From: Eledone cirrhosa
Taxonomy: Eukaryota
DNA: 64,000 bases
NCBI GenBank assembly: GCA_964016885.1
Contig: OZ024743.1
Span: forward strand, 287,060,001-287,124,000
Direction of reading: 5' to 3'
This document shows, in pieces, positions 37,298-49,322 of the stretch; position 1 is the first letter of the stretch; every line of letters starts with the position of its first letter. Position numbers and translations under genes: made by a program. The notes beneath the pieces were generated by a model. That model had not been told where the DNA came from and searched no databases. It was given only the letters and a program-made list of their open reading frames with translations.

Positions 37298-40200
37298 TTT
37301 TCTTTATTAACCACAAGGGTTTACATAAAGTAGACATTAAGGACAGTACAGGACAATACAGGACGGTACAAATGGGCATTTCTGCGTGTAAAAAACAAAA
37401 ACAGAGGATGTAACAAAAAATAACAATGAAAAATTCCCCAATAGGGGGGAGACTTCGGAGGGACATTTGTGGAGAAAGCCCAGTAAAAGGCCACAGTGAC
37501 CCTGACCACCAAGGCAAGTGCCCTCTCCCAGTTTTCCACCTTTAATTTACAGATACGTACTCAGAGTAGGCCCATTCACTCGGGCCATTCTTGCTTCTCT
37601 CACCCATCTTTCAACAAAATGCTGGGAAGAGAGCAGAGCACTTCCCTCTCTACTCTGATTTTCCTTTTCAAATGAAATTTGAAAAAGTCAATCAGGGTAT
37701 CACCGAAGAGGTAAGTGCTCGTCTTCAGCCCTTTCAAACGTGTCCACCATACTATCTCTTTCGCCATGGCCACCAGGCAGATAAAAACTGCCTGCCCTTC
37801 CCGGCTAAAGGAAGAGGGCGGGGCAATCCTCACGAAGGACTCAGATGATAGCCGGATCCGTCCTACACGCGACAGCAGGTGTTCGACATAAACCCACAAG
37901 TCAGCAATTTTCGGACACTGGACGAGTGCGTGCAGGACGGTTTCGTCGCCCTGCGCGCATCTCGGACATGCCAGGCTGACGGCACCTCCATTCCTGTAGA
38001 GTTTATCTCGAACTGGCAAGGCTCCTCGGTAGCACTGCCAGGCCAGAGATTTCTGGAAGTTGTCCATAGGTCCCGGCCCGAAAGTTCTTCCGAAGAGATT
38101 GGCTAGTTGATTTTCGTCGACGCCTAGAGTTTCCCCAAGTACGTCGTCGCTCTTCCCCTCCACTAATCCTCTATAGAACGCCGAGGTGGAGTTTCCACCG
38201 ATCACATTGCCCGATTGGTCGAGGGCTGTGAGCGCCTGAAGACATTCCAGTCTCCAAGCGCTCCCTCTCGGTCTTCGCTTGACCCAGGACTGCAGCTCCG
38301 TCAAGGAAACGAGCTGGGGAAATACGTGTCTAGCAAACGGCGACCACACCTGATCACCGTCGAGGAAGAGGTGGAGATGTCGTAGCCTGAGCGCGTGTCA
38401 GCGCATCATCAGCCACGGCATTCCCAGCCCTCCACGTAGCGGGTGTTGACAGCAGATGGACCGCCTGACCATCGGAGCGCGTCCCTTCCACAAAAAGCGA
38501 AAGAGCAAACGCTCCAGCGCAGTCAGGCGGGGCTTAGGACAAGGTACGACGGTCAGGCGGTAGCAGATGACAGACGCGATGTACGCGTTAGCCACCTCCG
38601 CTCGACCTTTCAGGGATAGCTTCCTCTCCGCCCATTTCTGGGTGAGAGAAGCCACCCTGCTCGTCACCTCGTCCCAGTTTTTGTCCATCTGGAGGTCCGG
38701 ACCAAACCAGACCCCTAGCAATTTAACCCGTCCGTCCGTCCAGCGTCCGACGACGCTGTTGGACGGCATGGACCTGCCTCTCCGGGTGCCGAGCTGCAGG
38801 CTCACTGACTTTTCCTGGTTGATCATTGCTCCTGTCACCGCTTCGTATTCTCTTAGTGTAGTGCCGATCGCCTCGATGTGTTTGGCGTTCGACACCACTA
38901 CGGTGACATCGTCCGCATGTGCTGACACGGATCTTCCGCATCCTAGTTCGCGCGGGACGCCCCTCAACGTCTCCAGTTTGTGCAGTAATGGCTCGAGAGT
39001 CAATACGTACAAGAGGGACGAGAGGGGTCATCCTTGGCGGACCGAGCGCATGATGTTGAACGGTTCCGAAAGGTGACCGTTCACTCTCACCACAGAGCAG
39101 ATGTCGCTGTGCGTGGCAGCGATCCAGCCTCTGAAGAGGGGCCCAAAGCCAGCCGCCCTCAGGACTGCCGCTAGATAAGGATGGTCGACCCTATCGAAAG
39201 CTTTCGACTGATCTAAATTGATCAAGGACCCACCCGTGCCAGGTTCCCTAGCTACCCTCTCTACGATGTATCGCATGAGGTGGAGGTTGTCGTGGATGGA
39301 TCTGTCGGGAATGGCGCATGTCTGCGCCTCTCCCACCAGACCACCAACGACAAGCGCCAACCTCTTTGCTAGCACCTTGGCCAAAATCTTGAACTCTGTG
39401 TTTAGCAGAGTTATGGGCCTGAAATTATCTATGTTATCCCTCTTGTTCGGATCCTTTCTCAACAATGCCACAGCTCCTCGGCTCACAGAGCTGGGAATTC
39501 TCCCGTTCTGTTGCCAGTTGCAGTAGACGTCCGCCAAGAGGCCTCCGAACAAGTCTGGCATCTGTACGTAAAGTTCATAGGGCAGACCATCCAAACCAGG
39601 CGATTTACCCCTTGTGCAGCCAGTCATTGCCTCCCGTACTTCAGCGGCTGTTATCGGCTTTTCGCAACACTTCGCCTCAGTGGCCGAGAGCCGCGGCAGT
39701 CCGTCGAGGTAGACACTAAAGTCCATCCCTCTACCCGGCCCCCCGCTGCCCCCGAACAGCTGAGCGAAGTGTCGCTGAAAAGCTTCACACATTTGCCCGG
39801 GATCGAGTAGCATGCGCCCGTCGTGGTCCACCAAAGACTTGAACGTGGATTTGTTGCCACGACGCGCCTCCGCCAGTCGAGCCCATTGAACGGCTTTCGT
39901 CCCCTCGTGTCTGAGAGCACGCACCCTAGCTCTGACAACGCAGCCTTCGTGCTTTGCATTGAAGAATTGGTCAAGGGCCAATTTCGCCGCAAGTACGTCG
40001 GTCGCGATGCCTTTGCTAAGCGCCTCGTCTAATTTTCTAACTAGTTCTCCCTCTGCTCTATTTTTCTCTATTGCTAAAGCCTTACTAAACCTAATGGATT
40101 CTATTCTAATCGCTCTTTTCAGAGCAAACCACCACTTGTTGTTGACGATGGCCCCTGTCAACGCCCGCTTAACTAGTTCGCTAATCCGGTCTATGTAGGC

Positions 40201-42740
40201 CTTGCGCGCTGGTAAGGACGCGTTTAGCTTCCAGTAGCCGGGTCCTCGTCTATGAAGCCTATCTAAGTCAAGCACACAGATCACGAATTTGTGGTCCGTG
40301 TAGCTGACTATCTTGAATTGTGGACAGCCTATGCTAGACCTATCTATTTTCCTACAAAATATTCTATCTAGATATTATCTGGATGACCCTATGCGATTTG
40401 TCCAAGTCCACATTGGCACATTCGGGAAATCCAATCGGTACCTGTCAGACAGTTCAAAACGCCTGAGCAGGTTGGTGAGGCTCTTGCACCCTCCACCCCT
40501 ATCCGCTAATCCCACACAGTCCCAGCGTGAATCTAAGATCCCGTTCCAGTCGCCCACTAACACTAAAGAGCGGAACGTTCCAAGAAAGGTCTCCAGACGC
40601 CGGAAGAAATCAGGCCGCCCTGCTCCTGTCGGGGCATAGACGGCCACTAGCCTGAAAGCTTGCCCGTCTCCGCTGGTCACGTCCAGCACCACCAACTTAC
40701 CCTCTGGGTCCAGGAAGATGGCCCGTATGGCGAGATCCAAACCTCTCCGAAAAAGCACAGCAACTCCACCCCCCGATCCAGGACGGCTGGGAGATGCGTA
40801 CACATCGTAGCCGCCGAAGATCGGTGCCAAGGCCCGTGCTTCGGAGATTCTGGTCTCACTGATGGCCACTACATCTATGTTTAGTGACCTGAGGTCGTTG
40901 AGCAGGGGACCCTGCTTCCATGACGACCCCAAGCCACGCGCATTTATGCTGCCTATTCTGAGTGAGGTCATGTTTAAAATAGAGTGGAAAAGATGGGAAA
41001 GACCACTTACCGTACTTTTTGTAGAGGAAGGATGGTTTTTTCCATCCCTTTTCACTTGATCGTCTGGTGAAGGGACCGTTGAATCGTCCCTTCGGCTGGT
41101 CGTCGGCTCTTCTATGGGTATGTCCGAATATACTCTCCGGTTGAGAGTCCCTCCTAGGTCTCTGAAATCACCAACTGCGTTGGGGAATTTCGTTTTAATG
41201 TTTGTGTATTGTTTCTGTGCTATTTTTAGCAGTCTTATGTTAGTTGGCGTTTTGATTGGTGCTGGTATTATGTAGTCGTGCTGTGAAATGTCTGTGTGTT
41301 CAATTATGTAAGTCATTAGTTTCTTGTTGTGTGTATTTATTGCCGTGCATTTGTTTTTCTGGGGGTGGGGTGTGGTTCTACTATTTTCTTGTCGTTGTTG
41401 CTGGGTGTGTGTGTTTTGTTGTTGTGTTTGAGATGTTGGTGCTTGTGGTGTTGAAGGTGTTGTTGTTGTTGGCGGTGGGGTTGTCACCGGTGGTGATGGT
41501 GGTGCTAGTGTGGGTGGTGATGGTGTTGGTGGTGTTGCTGCTGTGAGTCTCTTTGCAGTATCCTTTACCCTTTTTTCATTTCTTTCCTCCCTTTTCGAAG
41601 GCGACGATGCGCTGCTTCTGCGTTTGTGCCTTCTTACGACCTTTTGCCATCCCTCTCCCACCTCACACTCCATGTTTGATTCTGTGAGGTCGGGGAGGGG
41701 TACCAGCTCCACTCTTTCACTTGTTGTTGTTGGTGATGTTTGCACTGGAGTCTCTGTTGCAGCTGCATTTGGTATTACTGTTGTTGTTGTTAATACTTCC
41801 ACTGCTGCTGCTGTTCTTGATTTCCGTGGCGTGGGTATGGGTGCCACGGACCTATCGTTCCTGGTTGCCGCTTGTCCTGTTGCTGATAGCCGTGGAGCCG
41901 GTTTCGGAAGGAGGGGGGTTTTCTCCTTTCTCATGGTCTTCTCGTTGCAGAAGGCCCTGAGGTTAGTCTTCGACCCACAGCGAAAGCATTTCGGGCGTTT
42001 GCCCTCAACACTTATGGGCAGTTGAGTGCCGTTATCGAAGTCTATCACATCCGGGATAGCTTCGATGCACTCCTGGTTGGTTTGGATTAACATCTCAATG
42101 GAGGTGCCGACCCAATCTTCTCTTACTTTTTTCTGTACTTGCAGTACAGTTGTTTTGTCCTCGATTCCGACGAGGACAGACGCGGCCAGCCAAGAAGGGG
42201 CCATCCCGGGAGAGGGGGGGGGGGTCAGTTTGACCCTCACAATTTTTTGCCCGCAGTAGGAGGGCACCAACACCATTTCCTTGCTCCTTGGGGTCACTAA
42301 GGATTGAGCCTTTGCCTCCTGGGGTGTGGCAAAAAGCACGTCTACGGTGGCATATTTCTTGCCTCGGGTGATGTGCGTTTTCCGCTGCCACACAGACCCT
42401 AAGGCTTTTTGTATTTGAGCCTCTGTGGCTCTTTCAACCCTACGGGATTTTGTGCTTACTGTACGGTACGTGACCGTACAGTGCTGTTGGGTTTTGAAAA
42501 ATGTTTCGGCTGCCTTGCAGATTGCTCGGTGTCCGGTTTTTGTCACCATCTTCTTCGCTTCCTCTAATTCGTCATTTGTTATGAGGATGGTTTCCAGGTT
42601 CTTTGCGATACCTGCAAACGAGATTGGTTTTTCTTTGCTGCTGCTGTTGTTGTTGTTGTTGTTGTCGTCAGAGCTGCTGTTATTTTTGTTGTTGCTGCAG
42701 GTACTACGACTACTGCCGCCGCCGCTGTTGCTGTGGTTGT

Positions 42741-42774
<34 letters not shown>

Positions 42775-43353
42775 AATGCTGTTGTTGTTTATGCTGCTGC
42801 TGATGTTGTTGCGGCTGCTACTGTTGTTTTCCTTGTCACTGTTGCTGCTGCTGCTGTTATTACGGCTGCTACTTCTATTATTCCTGACGTCAGACGAATG
42901 AAATGGGTTTTCGTATTTCCCGCACACCTTTTTCGTCGTCGTCGTGGAGAAATCTTGCACGCTTTGCACGTGATTTTTCTTTTCTGGCGTCGCTTGCGAA
43001 AGAGAAGGGGGGGGGGGAGAGAGACACATTTAGAGAAGGGAGGGAGAGAGACAATCTTCTCTCTGCTGTAGTGACGATTGAGGAAGAAGAAGACGGAATG
43101 AGTGGGAGTGACCTATGAAAATTCTTTTTCGTAGCCTTGTTTTTTTTTTGTTTAATATAAATATTGGGCACAAAACCCCAATAAGCGGTTATTTAACCCC
43201 GAAGGGCCAAATAACGGGCAGAAAGACCCCTCTCACGAGCAGGAGGGTGTTTTTGTCTACAATTTGGTTAAAGTTTTAAACAATTTACAATTGTTATAGC
43301 GGTCAAAATTTACAATACCTTACAGAGCCGAGCCTCCGTCAACCATAGCATTC
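37297..43353 (-). mobile_element. Full-length Tx1/L1-like LINE, copy 1 (defective)
   Basis: ORF1 (RRM-like region, CFRCGSKTNLRAFC knuckle), APE endonuclease (SINARGL, ISET, VYAP, GDWN, YLDRI, TDHK), RT and CxxC..HxxxxC; stops at 40375, 39028 and 38398; HADD replaces YADD; (AAT)n on both flanks. Confidence 0.93.
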
Positions 43354-43386
<33 letters not shown>

Positions 43387-44096
43387 GGGGAAGGTGGTGG
43401 TATCACTAGACAATATTAATAAACAATATTAATATTTAATTTTGGATCAGGAATGTTAGAGCCGAAAAGGAGGAAAATGGCAAAATGACTAAATAGCTAA
43501 ATAGCTAAATGTTGCACAGTGGACAGAGAAGATAATTTCACCACCAACACCACCACCACTACCACGCTAAAAACTCTGGTCAAGTTACCTCAACTTCTAT
43601 TTCTACTTCAACTTCAACACCATCACTACAGTACTACGATCACATCACCACCACCACTGCCTCATTATCGCTACCGCCGCTATTCTCTCCCACTACCTCC
43701 TGCTACATCGTAGTGTCCCCACTAAAAGAGGAAGGCATCAAAATATATAAATAGACTGATTTGATGACCCGGTCAAAAAATTAAAAAAAAAAATCAAAAT
43801 CAAAGCAGCACAGCAACAACGAAAAACGTAAAGAAAAGAAAAATGAAAAGAAAAACAAACAGACGGACAGAGAAGGGAAGGGAAAAGCTAAGTCAGACAT
43901 TCAAACATTACATTACAATGAAACTTATGCTTATTCTTTGGGGGGGGGGGGGGGCTGTTTGTTTGTTTATTTATGTTCGTCTACAGCATAATAGTGCCAC
44001 ACAAGAATCACCGGGAGTGACGAAATCACCGGAGGTGATGAAATCACCGGTGGTTATGTAACCATACATTCACTAATCCTCGATAAGAGTGTTTAA

Positions 44097-45995
44097 ATGT
44101 CGAACCTAAAGAGTTCGAATAACGGTGAAGTGGAGACTAGAATGTCATGGGACAGACTCTCACCCAGCAGGTGTTCCCTGGTTCAGCAGCAGGGACCTGA
44201 CTGTCAACCAAATACTGCTGGTGTCGGAGGAAGAAGAAGGAAAGGGACCAGAACCAACTGGACGAAAGAATTGAATAGAACTGTTATGCAATGTTACCTG
44301 AAGAGTAACCCCAAGGAGAAAGGCTATAGCAAACGGATGCATAACATCTGGAACGAGATTGGTCTATTTAAATTAGATTAACAAAAATTGGCCGGGCAGG
44401 CTCGGGTAATAAGAACTAATGGGTGGATAAGCTAGCTGAAACTGGAGGGACTGAGCAGAGAGATTAGCTTGGAAATGAAGAGTGGAGTATGCCAGGCAAA
44501 CGAGCCAGTGGGAAATGAAGGTGAAGAGGTTGAGAGAACGGAGGAACCATCCGAAGCAGACAAAGATCTGAATGCTGAAATAAATAATTGTTTCTAATTT
44601 AGGCACAAGGCCAGCAATACCCAGTGCATTACTGGTACTTTATTTTATCGACCCCGTAAGGATGAAAGGCAAAGTCAACCTCGGCGGGATTTGAACTGAG
44701 ATCGTAAAGGGACGTAACTATGCTGGAAAGCATGGCGTCCGACTCTCTACCGATACTGCCAATCCACCGATCCTGAAATTATATAATACCTGGAACAAAG
44801 ATACGGCCATTGAGGAGATGAATGCTGACGGGCTAGGACAAGATTTGGTTGATATCCTAAACTTAGTGGTAGATGAATTGAACAATGATAGTGGGAAACC
44901 TATGAACCTAAGATTTGTAGACAGGAAAAAGTTAAAAGAAACAACAGCTAAGGTAAACAAAGTCATCCCATACCTTGAGGCGAGGAGCCTTCACCAGTGC
45001 AACAATATCCTCAAAGCAACAGAAAATACGGTGAGGAAATTACTTGGTATAAAAGCGAGAGGAAACAACAAACAAGAAAGATCAGAGCCTTGGTGGAAGA
45101 AACGACTGAATGGTCAAATCAGGGAAATGAGAAATGACATTGGAAAGCTTGAGTCCCTACTGAATGGGACACTAAAAAAACATAGACACTAAAAATAGAC
45201 TGGAAATAAAGTACAAAACTAGGAAGAAAAAGCTAAATATTATCATAGAGGAACTGAAGCAACGCATTGTAGCAAAGAGTGCAAAAATTAGGCGATACGA
45301 GAGCAGAGTCAGTCAGTATAGACAGAACCGCATGTTTGACAACAACCAGAAGATGCTGTTTGGACAGCTTGAAGGGAAAGAAAGAGGCAACGACTTGATC
45401 CCTGAGGCGGAACAAACTAAGACATTCTGGAAAGGAATATGGGAGCAGGATGTTAAACATAATGACCAGGCAGTGTGGATTGAGACAGTGCAGAAGAAGA
45501 TTAGTGAACAGGCACACCAACAAACTGATTTGAGTATCACAGTTGAAACTCTTAAGGGGCAGGCCAAAAAACTAACCAACTGGAAATCACCAGGCCCAGA
45601 TGGTGTGCAGGGGTATTGGATTAAAAATATAACATCTCTCCACCCCAAACTGACAACCATGTTCAATGACTGCTTGATGTTAGGTGAGGTACCAGTGTGG
45701 TTGACAAAGGGTACCACAGTTCTGATAATGAAAGACCGAATCAAGGGTAATGATGTTACCAACTATAGACCTATCACATGCCTGTCCGTAATGTGGAAAC
45801 TGTTGACAAGCATTATGTCTGAGGAAATCTACCATCACCTCCACACAAACAACTTGTTACCGGACGAACAGAAAGGATGCCGAAAGAAGTCCCGTGGTAC
45901 AAAGGACCAGTTACTTATTGATAAGATGGTAATGAGGAATTGCAAGAGGAGACACACTGGTCTTGCCATGGGATGGATAGACTACAAAAAGGCAT
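44097..45995 (+). mobile_element. 3'-truncated R4/Dong-clade retrotransposon, copy 1, interrupted by a SINE at ~44582-44772
   Basis: N-terminal Myb-like RTNWTKELNRTVMQCY..GYSKRM; PWWKKRL; NWKSPGPDG, YRPITCL, EQKGC, GWIDYKKA; internal stops. Confidence 0.87.
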
Positions 45996-46188
45996 TGTTT
46001 GATAATTATAAAAGTTTAAATTTTGGGCTCAAGGCCCCAATCTTTTTGGGTGTCCTTTTCAGATAACAATGTATGTGCACTTATATACAGTTAACAATAA
46101 AAAATTTCCATGAATGGCAATTTTAAACAACTGAAAATAACAAACCTTTGCGGAGCTCACGATGATACGATTTACTACGTAGGTCGCC

Positions 46189-46238
<50 letters not shown>

Positions 46239-46499
46239 TTTCTTTATTAACCACAAGGGTTTACATAAAGTAGACATTAAGGACAGTGCAGGACAATGCA
46301 GGACGGTACAAATGGGCATTTCTGCGTGTAAAAAAAACAAAAACAGAGGATGTAACAAAAATAACAATGAAAATAACAATGAAAAATTCCCCAATAGGGG
46401 GGAGACTTCGGAGGGACATTTGTGGAGAAAGCCCAGTAAAAAGCCACAATGACCCTGACCACCAAGGCAAGTGCCCTCTCCCAGTTTTCCACCTTTAGT

Positions 46500-49232
46500 T
46501 TACAGATATATACTCAGAGTCGGCCCATTCACTCGGGCCATTCTTGCTTCTCTCACCCATCTTTCAACAAAATGCTGGGAAGAGAGCACTTCCTTCTCTA
46601 CTCTGATTTTCCTTTTCAAATGAAATTTGAAAAAGTCAATCAGAGCATCACCGAAGAGGTAAGTGCTCGTCTTCAGCCCTTTCAAACGTGTCCACCATAC
46701 TATCTCTTTCGCCATGGCCACCAGACAGATAAAAACTGCCTGCCCTTCCCGGCTAAAGGAGGAGGGCGGGGCAATCCTCACGATAGACTCAGATGATAGC
46801 TGGATCCGTCCCAAACGCGACAGCAGGTGTTCGACATAAACCCACAAGTCAGCAATTTTCGGACACTGGACGAGTGCGTGCAGGACGGTTTCGTCGCCCT
46901 GCGCGCATCTCGGACATGCCCGGCTGACGGCACCTCCATGCCTGTAGAGTTTATCCCGAACTGGCAAGGCTCCTCGGTAGCACTGCCAGGCCAGAGATTT
47001 CTGGAAGTTGTCCATAGGCCCCGGCCCGAAAGTTCTTCCGAAGAGATTGGCTAGTTGATTTTCGTCGACGCCTAGAGTTTCCCCAAGTACGTCGTCGCTC
47101 TTCCCCTCCACTAATCCTCTATAGAACGCCGAGGTGGAGTTTCCACCGATCACATTGCCCGATTGGTCGAGGGCTGTGAGCGCCTGAAGACATTCCAGTC
47201 TCCAGGCGCTCCCTCTCGGTCTTCGCTTGACCCAGGACTGCAGCTCCGTCAAGGAAACGAGCTGGGGAAAAACGCGTCTAGCAAACGGCGACCACACCTG
47301 ATCACCGTCGAGGAAGAGGTGGAGATGTCGTAGCCTGAGCGCGTGCCTGCGCATCATCAGCCACGGCATGCCCAGCCCTCCACGTAGCGGGTGTTGACAA
47401 CAGATGGACCGCCTGACCATCGGAGCACGTCCCATCCACAAAAAGCGAAAGAGCAAACGCTCCAGCGCAGTCAGGCGAGGCTTAGGACAAGGTACGACGG
47501 TTAGGCGGTAGCAGATGACAGACGCGATGTACGCGTTAGCCACCTCCGCTCGACCTTTCAGGGATAGCTTCCTCTCCGCCCATTTCTGGGTGAGAGAAGC
47601 CACCCTGCTCGTCACCTCGTCCCAGTTTTTGTCCGTCTGGAGGTCCGGACCGAACCAGACCCCTAGCAATTTAACCGGTCCGTCCGTCCAGCGCCCGACG
47701 ACGCTGTTGGACGGCATGGACCTGCCTCTCCAGGTGCCGAGCTGCAGGCCCACTGACTTTTCCTGGTTGATCATTGCTCCTGTCACCGCTTCGTATTCTC
47801 TTAGTGTAGTGCCGATCGCCTCGATGTGTTTGGCGTTCGACACCACTACGGTGACATCGTCCGCATATGCTGACACGGATCTTCCGCATCCTAGTTCGCG
47901 CGGGACTCCCCTCAACGTCTCCAGTTTGTGCAGTAATGGCTCGAGAGTCAATACGTACAAGAGGGACGAGAGGGGACATCCTTGGCGGACCGAGCGCATG
48001 ATGTTGAACGGTTCCGACAGGTGACCGTTCACTCTCACCACAGAGCAGATGTCGCTGTGCATGGCAGCGATCCAGCCTCTGAAGACGGGCCCAAAGCCAG
48101 CCGCCCTCAGGACTGCCGCTAGGTAACGATGGTCGACCCTATCGAAAGCTTTCGACTGATCTAAATTGATCAAGGACCCACCCGTGCCAGGTTCCCTAGC
48201 TACCCTCTCTACGATGTATCGCATGAGGTGGAGGTTGTCGTGGATGGATCTGTCGGGAATGGCGCATGTCTGCGCCTCTCCCACCAGACCACCAACGACA
48301 AGCGCCAACCTCTTTGCTAGCACCTTGGCCAAAATCTTAAACTCTGTGTTTAGCAGAGTTATGGGCCGGAAATTGTCTATGTTATCCCCCTTGTTCGGAT
48401 CCTTTCTCAGCAGTGCCACCGCTCCTCGGCTCACAGAACTGGGAATTCTCCCGTTCTGTTGCCAGTTGCAGTAGACGTCCGCCAAGAGGCCTCCGAACAA
48501 GTCTGGCATCTGTACGTAAAGTTCATAGGGCAGACCATCCAAACCAGGCGATTTACCCCTTGTGCAGCCAGTCATTGCCTCCCGTACTTCAGCGGCTGTT
48601 ATCGGCTTTTCGCAACACTTCGCCTCAGTGGCCGAGAGCCGCGGCAGTCCGTCGAGGTAGACACTAAAGTCCATCCCTCTACCCGGCCCCCCGCTGCCCC
48701 CGAACAGCTGAGCGAAGTGTCGCTGAAAAGCTTCACACATTTGCCCGGGATCGAGTAGCATGCGCCCGTCGTGGTCCACCAAAGACTTGAACGTGGATTT
48801 GTTGCCACGACGCGCCTCCGCCAGTCGAGCCCATTGAACGGCTTTCGTCCCCTCGTGTCTGAGAGCACGCACCCTAGCTCTGACAACGCAGCCTTCGTGC
48901 TTTGCATTGAAGAATTGGTCAAGGGCCAATTTCGCCGCAAGTACGTCGGTCGCGATGCCTTTGCTAAGCGCCTCGTCTAATTTTCTAACTAGTTCTCCCT
49001 CTGCTCTATTTTTCTCTATTGCTAAAGCCTTACTAAACCTAATGGATTCTATTCTAATCGCTCTTTTCAGAGCAAACCACCACTTGTTGTTGACGATGGC
49101 CCCTGTCAACGCCCGCTTAACTAGTTCGCTAATCCGGTCTATGTAGGCCTTGCGCGCTGGTAAGGACGCGTTTAGCTTCCAGTAGCCGGGTCCTCGTCTA
49201 TGAAGCCTATCTAAGTCAAGCACACAGATCAC
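46500..49232 (-). CDS. Tx1-like ORF2 part: end of endonuclease, RT and C-terminal zinc finger (910 aa)
   Basis: KSPGLDG, FRPITLLN, LDQSKAFDRV, QGCPLS, YADD, CPRC..ETVLHALVQC. Confidence 0.9.
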   Translation of the reverse strand: MICVLDLDRLHRRGPGYWKLNASLPARKAYIDRISELVKRALTGAIVNNKWWFALKRAIRIESIRFSKALAIEKNRAEGELVRKLDEALSKGIATDVLAAKLALDQFFNAKHEGCVVRARVRALRHEGTKAVQWARLAEARRGNKSTFKSLVDHDGRMLLDPGQMCEAFQRHFAQLFGGSGGPGRGMDFSVYLDGLPRLSATEAKCCEKPITAAEVREAMTGCTRGKSPGLDGLPYELYVQMPDLFGGLLADVYCNWQQNGRIPSSVSRGAVALLRKDPNKGDNIDNFRPITLLNTEFKILAKVLAKRLALVVGGLVGEAQTCAIPDRSIHDNLHLMRYIVERVAREPGTGGSLINLDQSKAFDRVDHRYLAAVLRAAGFGPVFRGWIAAMHSDICSVVRVNGHLSEPFNIMRSVRQGCPLSSLLYVLTLEPLLHKLETLRGVPRELGCGRSVSAYADDVTVVVSNAKHIEAIGTTLREYEAVTGAMINQEKSVGLQLGTWRGRSMPSNSVVGRWTDGPVKLLGVWFGPDLQTDKNWDEVTSRVASLTQKWAERKLSLKGRAEVANAYIASVICYRLTVVPCPKPRLTALERLLFRFLWMGRAPMVRRSICCQHPLRGGLGMPWLMMRRHALRLRHLHLFLDGDQVWSPFARRVFPQLVSLTELQSWVKRRPRGSAWRLECLQALTALDQSGNVIGGNSTSAFYRGLVEGKSDDVLGETLGVDENQLANLFGRTFGPGPMDNFQKSLAWQCYRGALPVRDKLYRHGGAVSRACPRCAQGDETVLHALVQCPKIADLWVYVEHLLSRLGRIQLSSESIVRIAPPSSFSREGQAVFICLVAMAKEIVWWTRLKGLKTSTYLFGDALIDFFKFHLKRKIRVEKEVLSSQHFVERWVREARMARVNGPTLSIYL

Positions 49233-49322
49233 GAATTTGTGGTCCGTGTAGCTGACTATCTTGAATTGTGGACAGCCTATGCTAGACCTATCTATTTTCC
49301 TACAAAATATTCTATCTAGATA

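Noticed and set aside
42425-42901. Poly-Leu and poly-Val ORFs on the + strand (also 51370-51846 and other antisense ORFs across 37-59 kb)
   Set aside because: Antisense shadows of the (AAC/AGC)n-rich Tx1 ORF1 and the GC-rich ORF2
44012-44045. Hammerhead ribozyme at gtgatga/gaaa
   Set aside because: Lacks the CUGANGA core in the right order and a closing helix I; explained by a short tandem repeat
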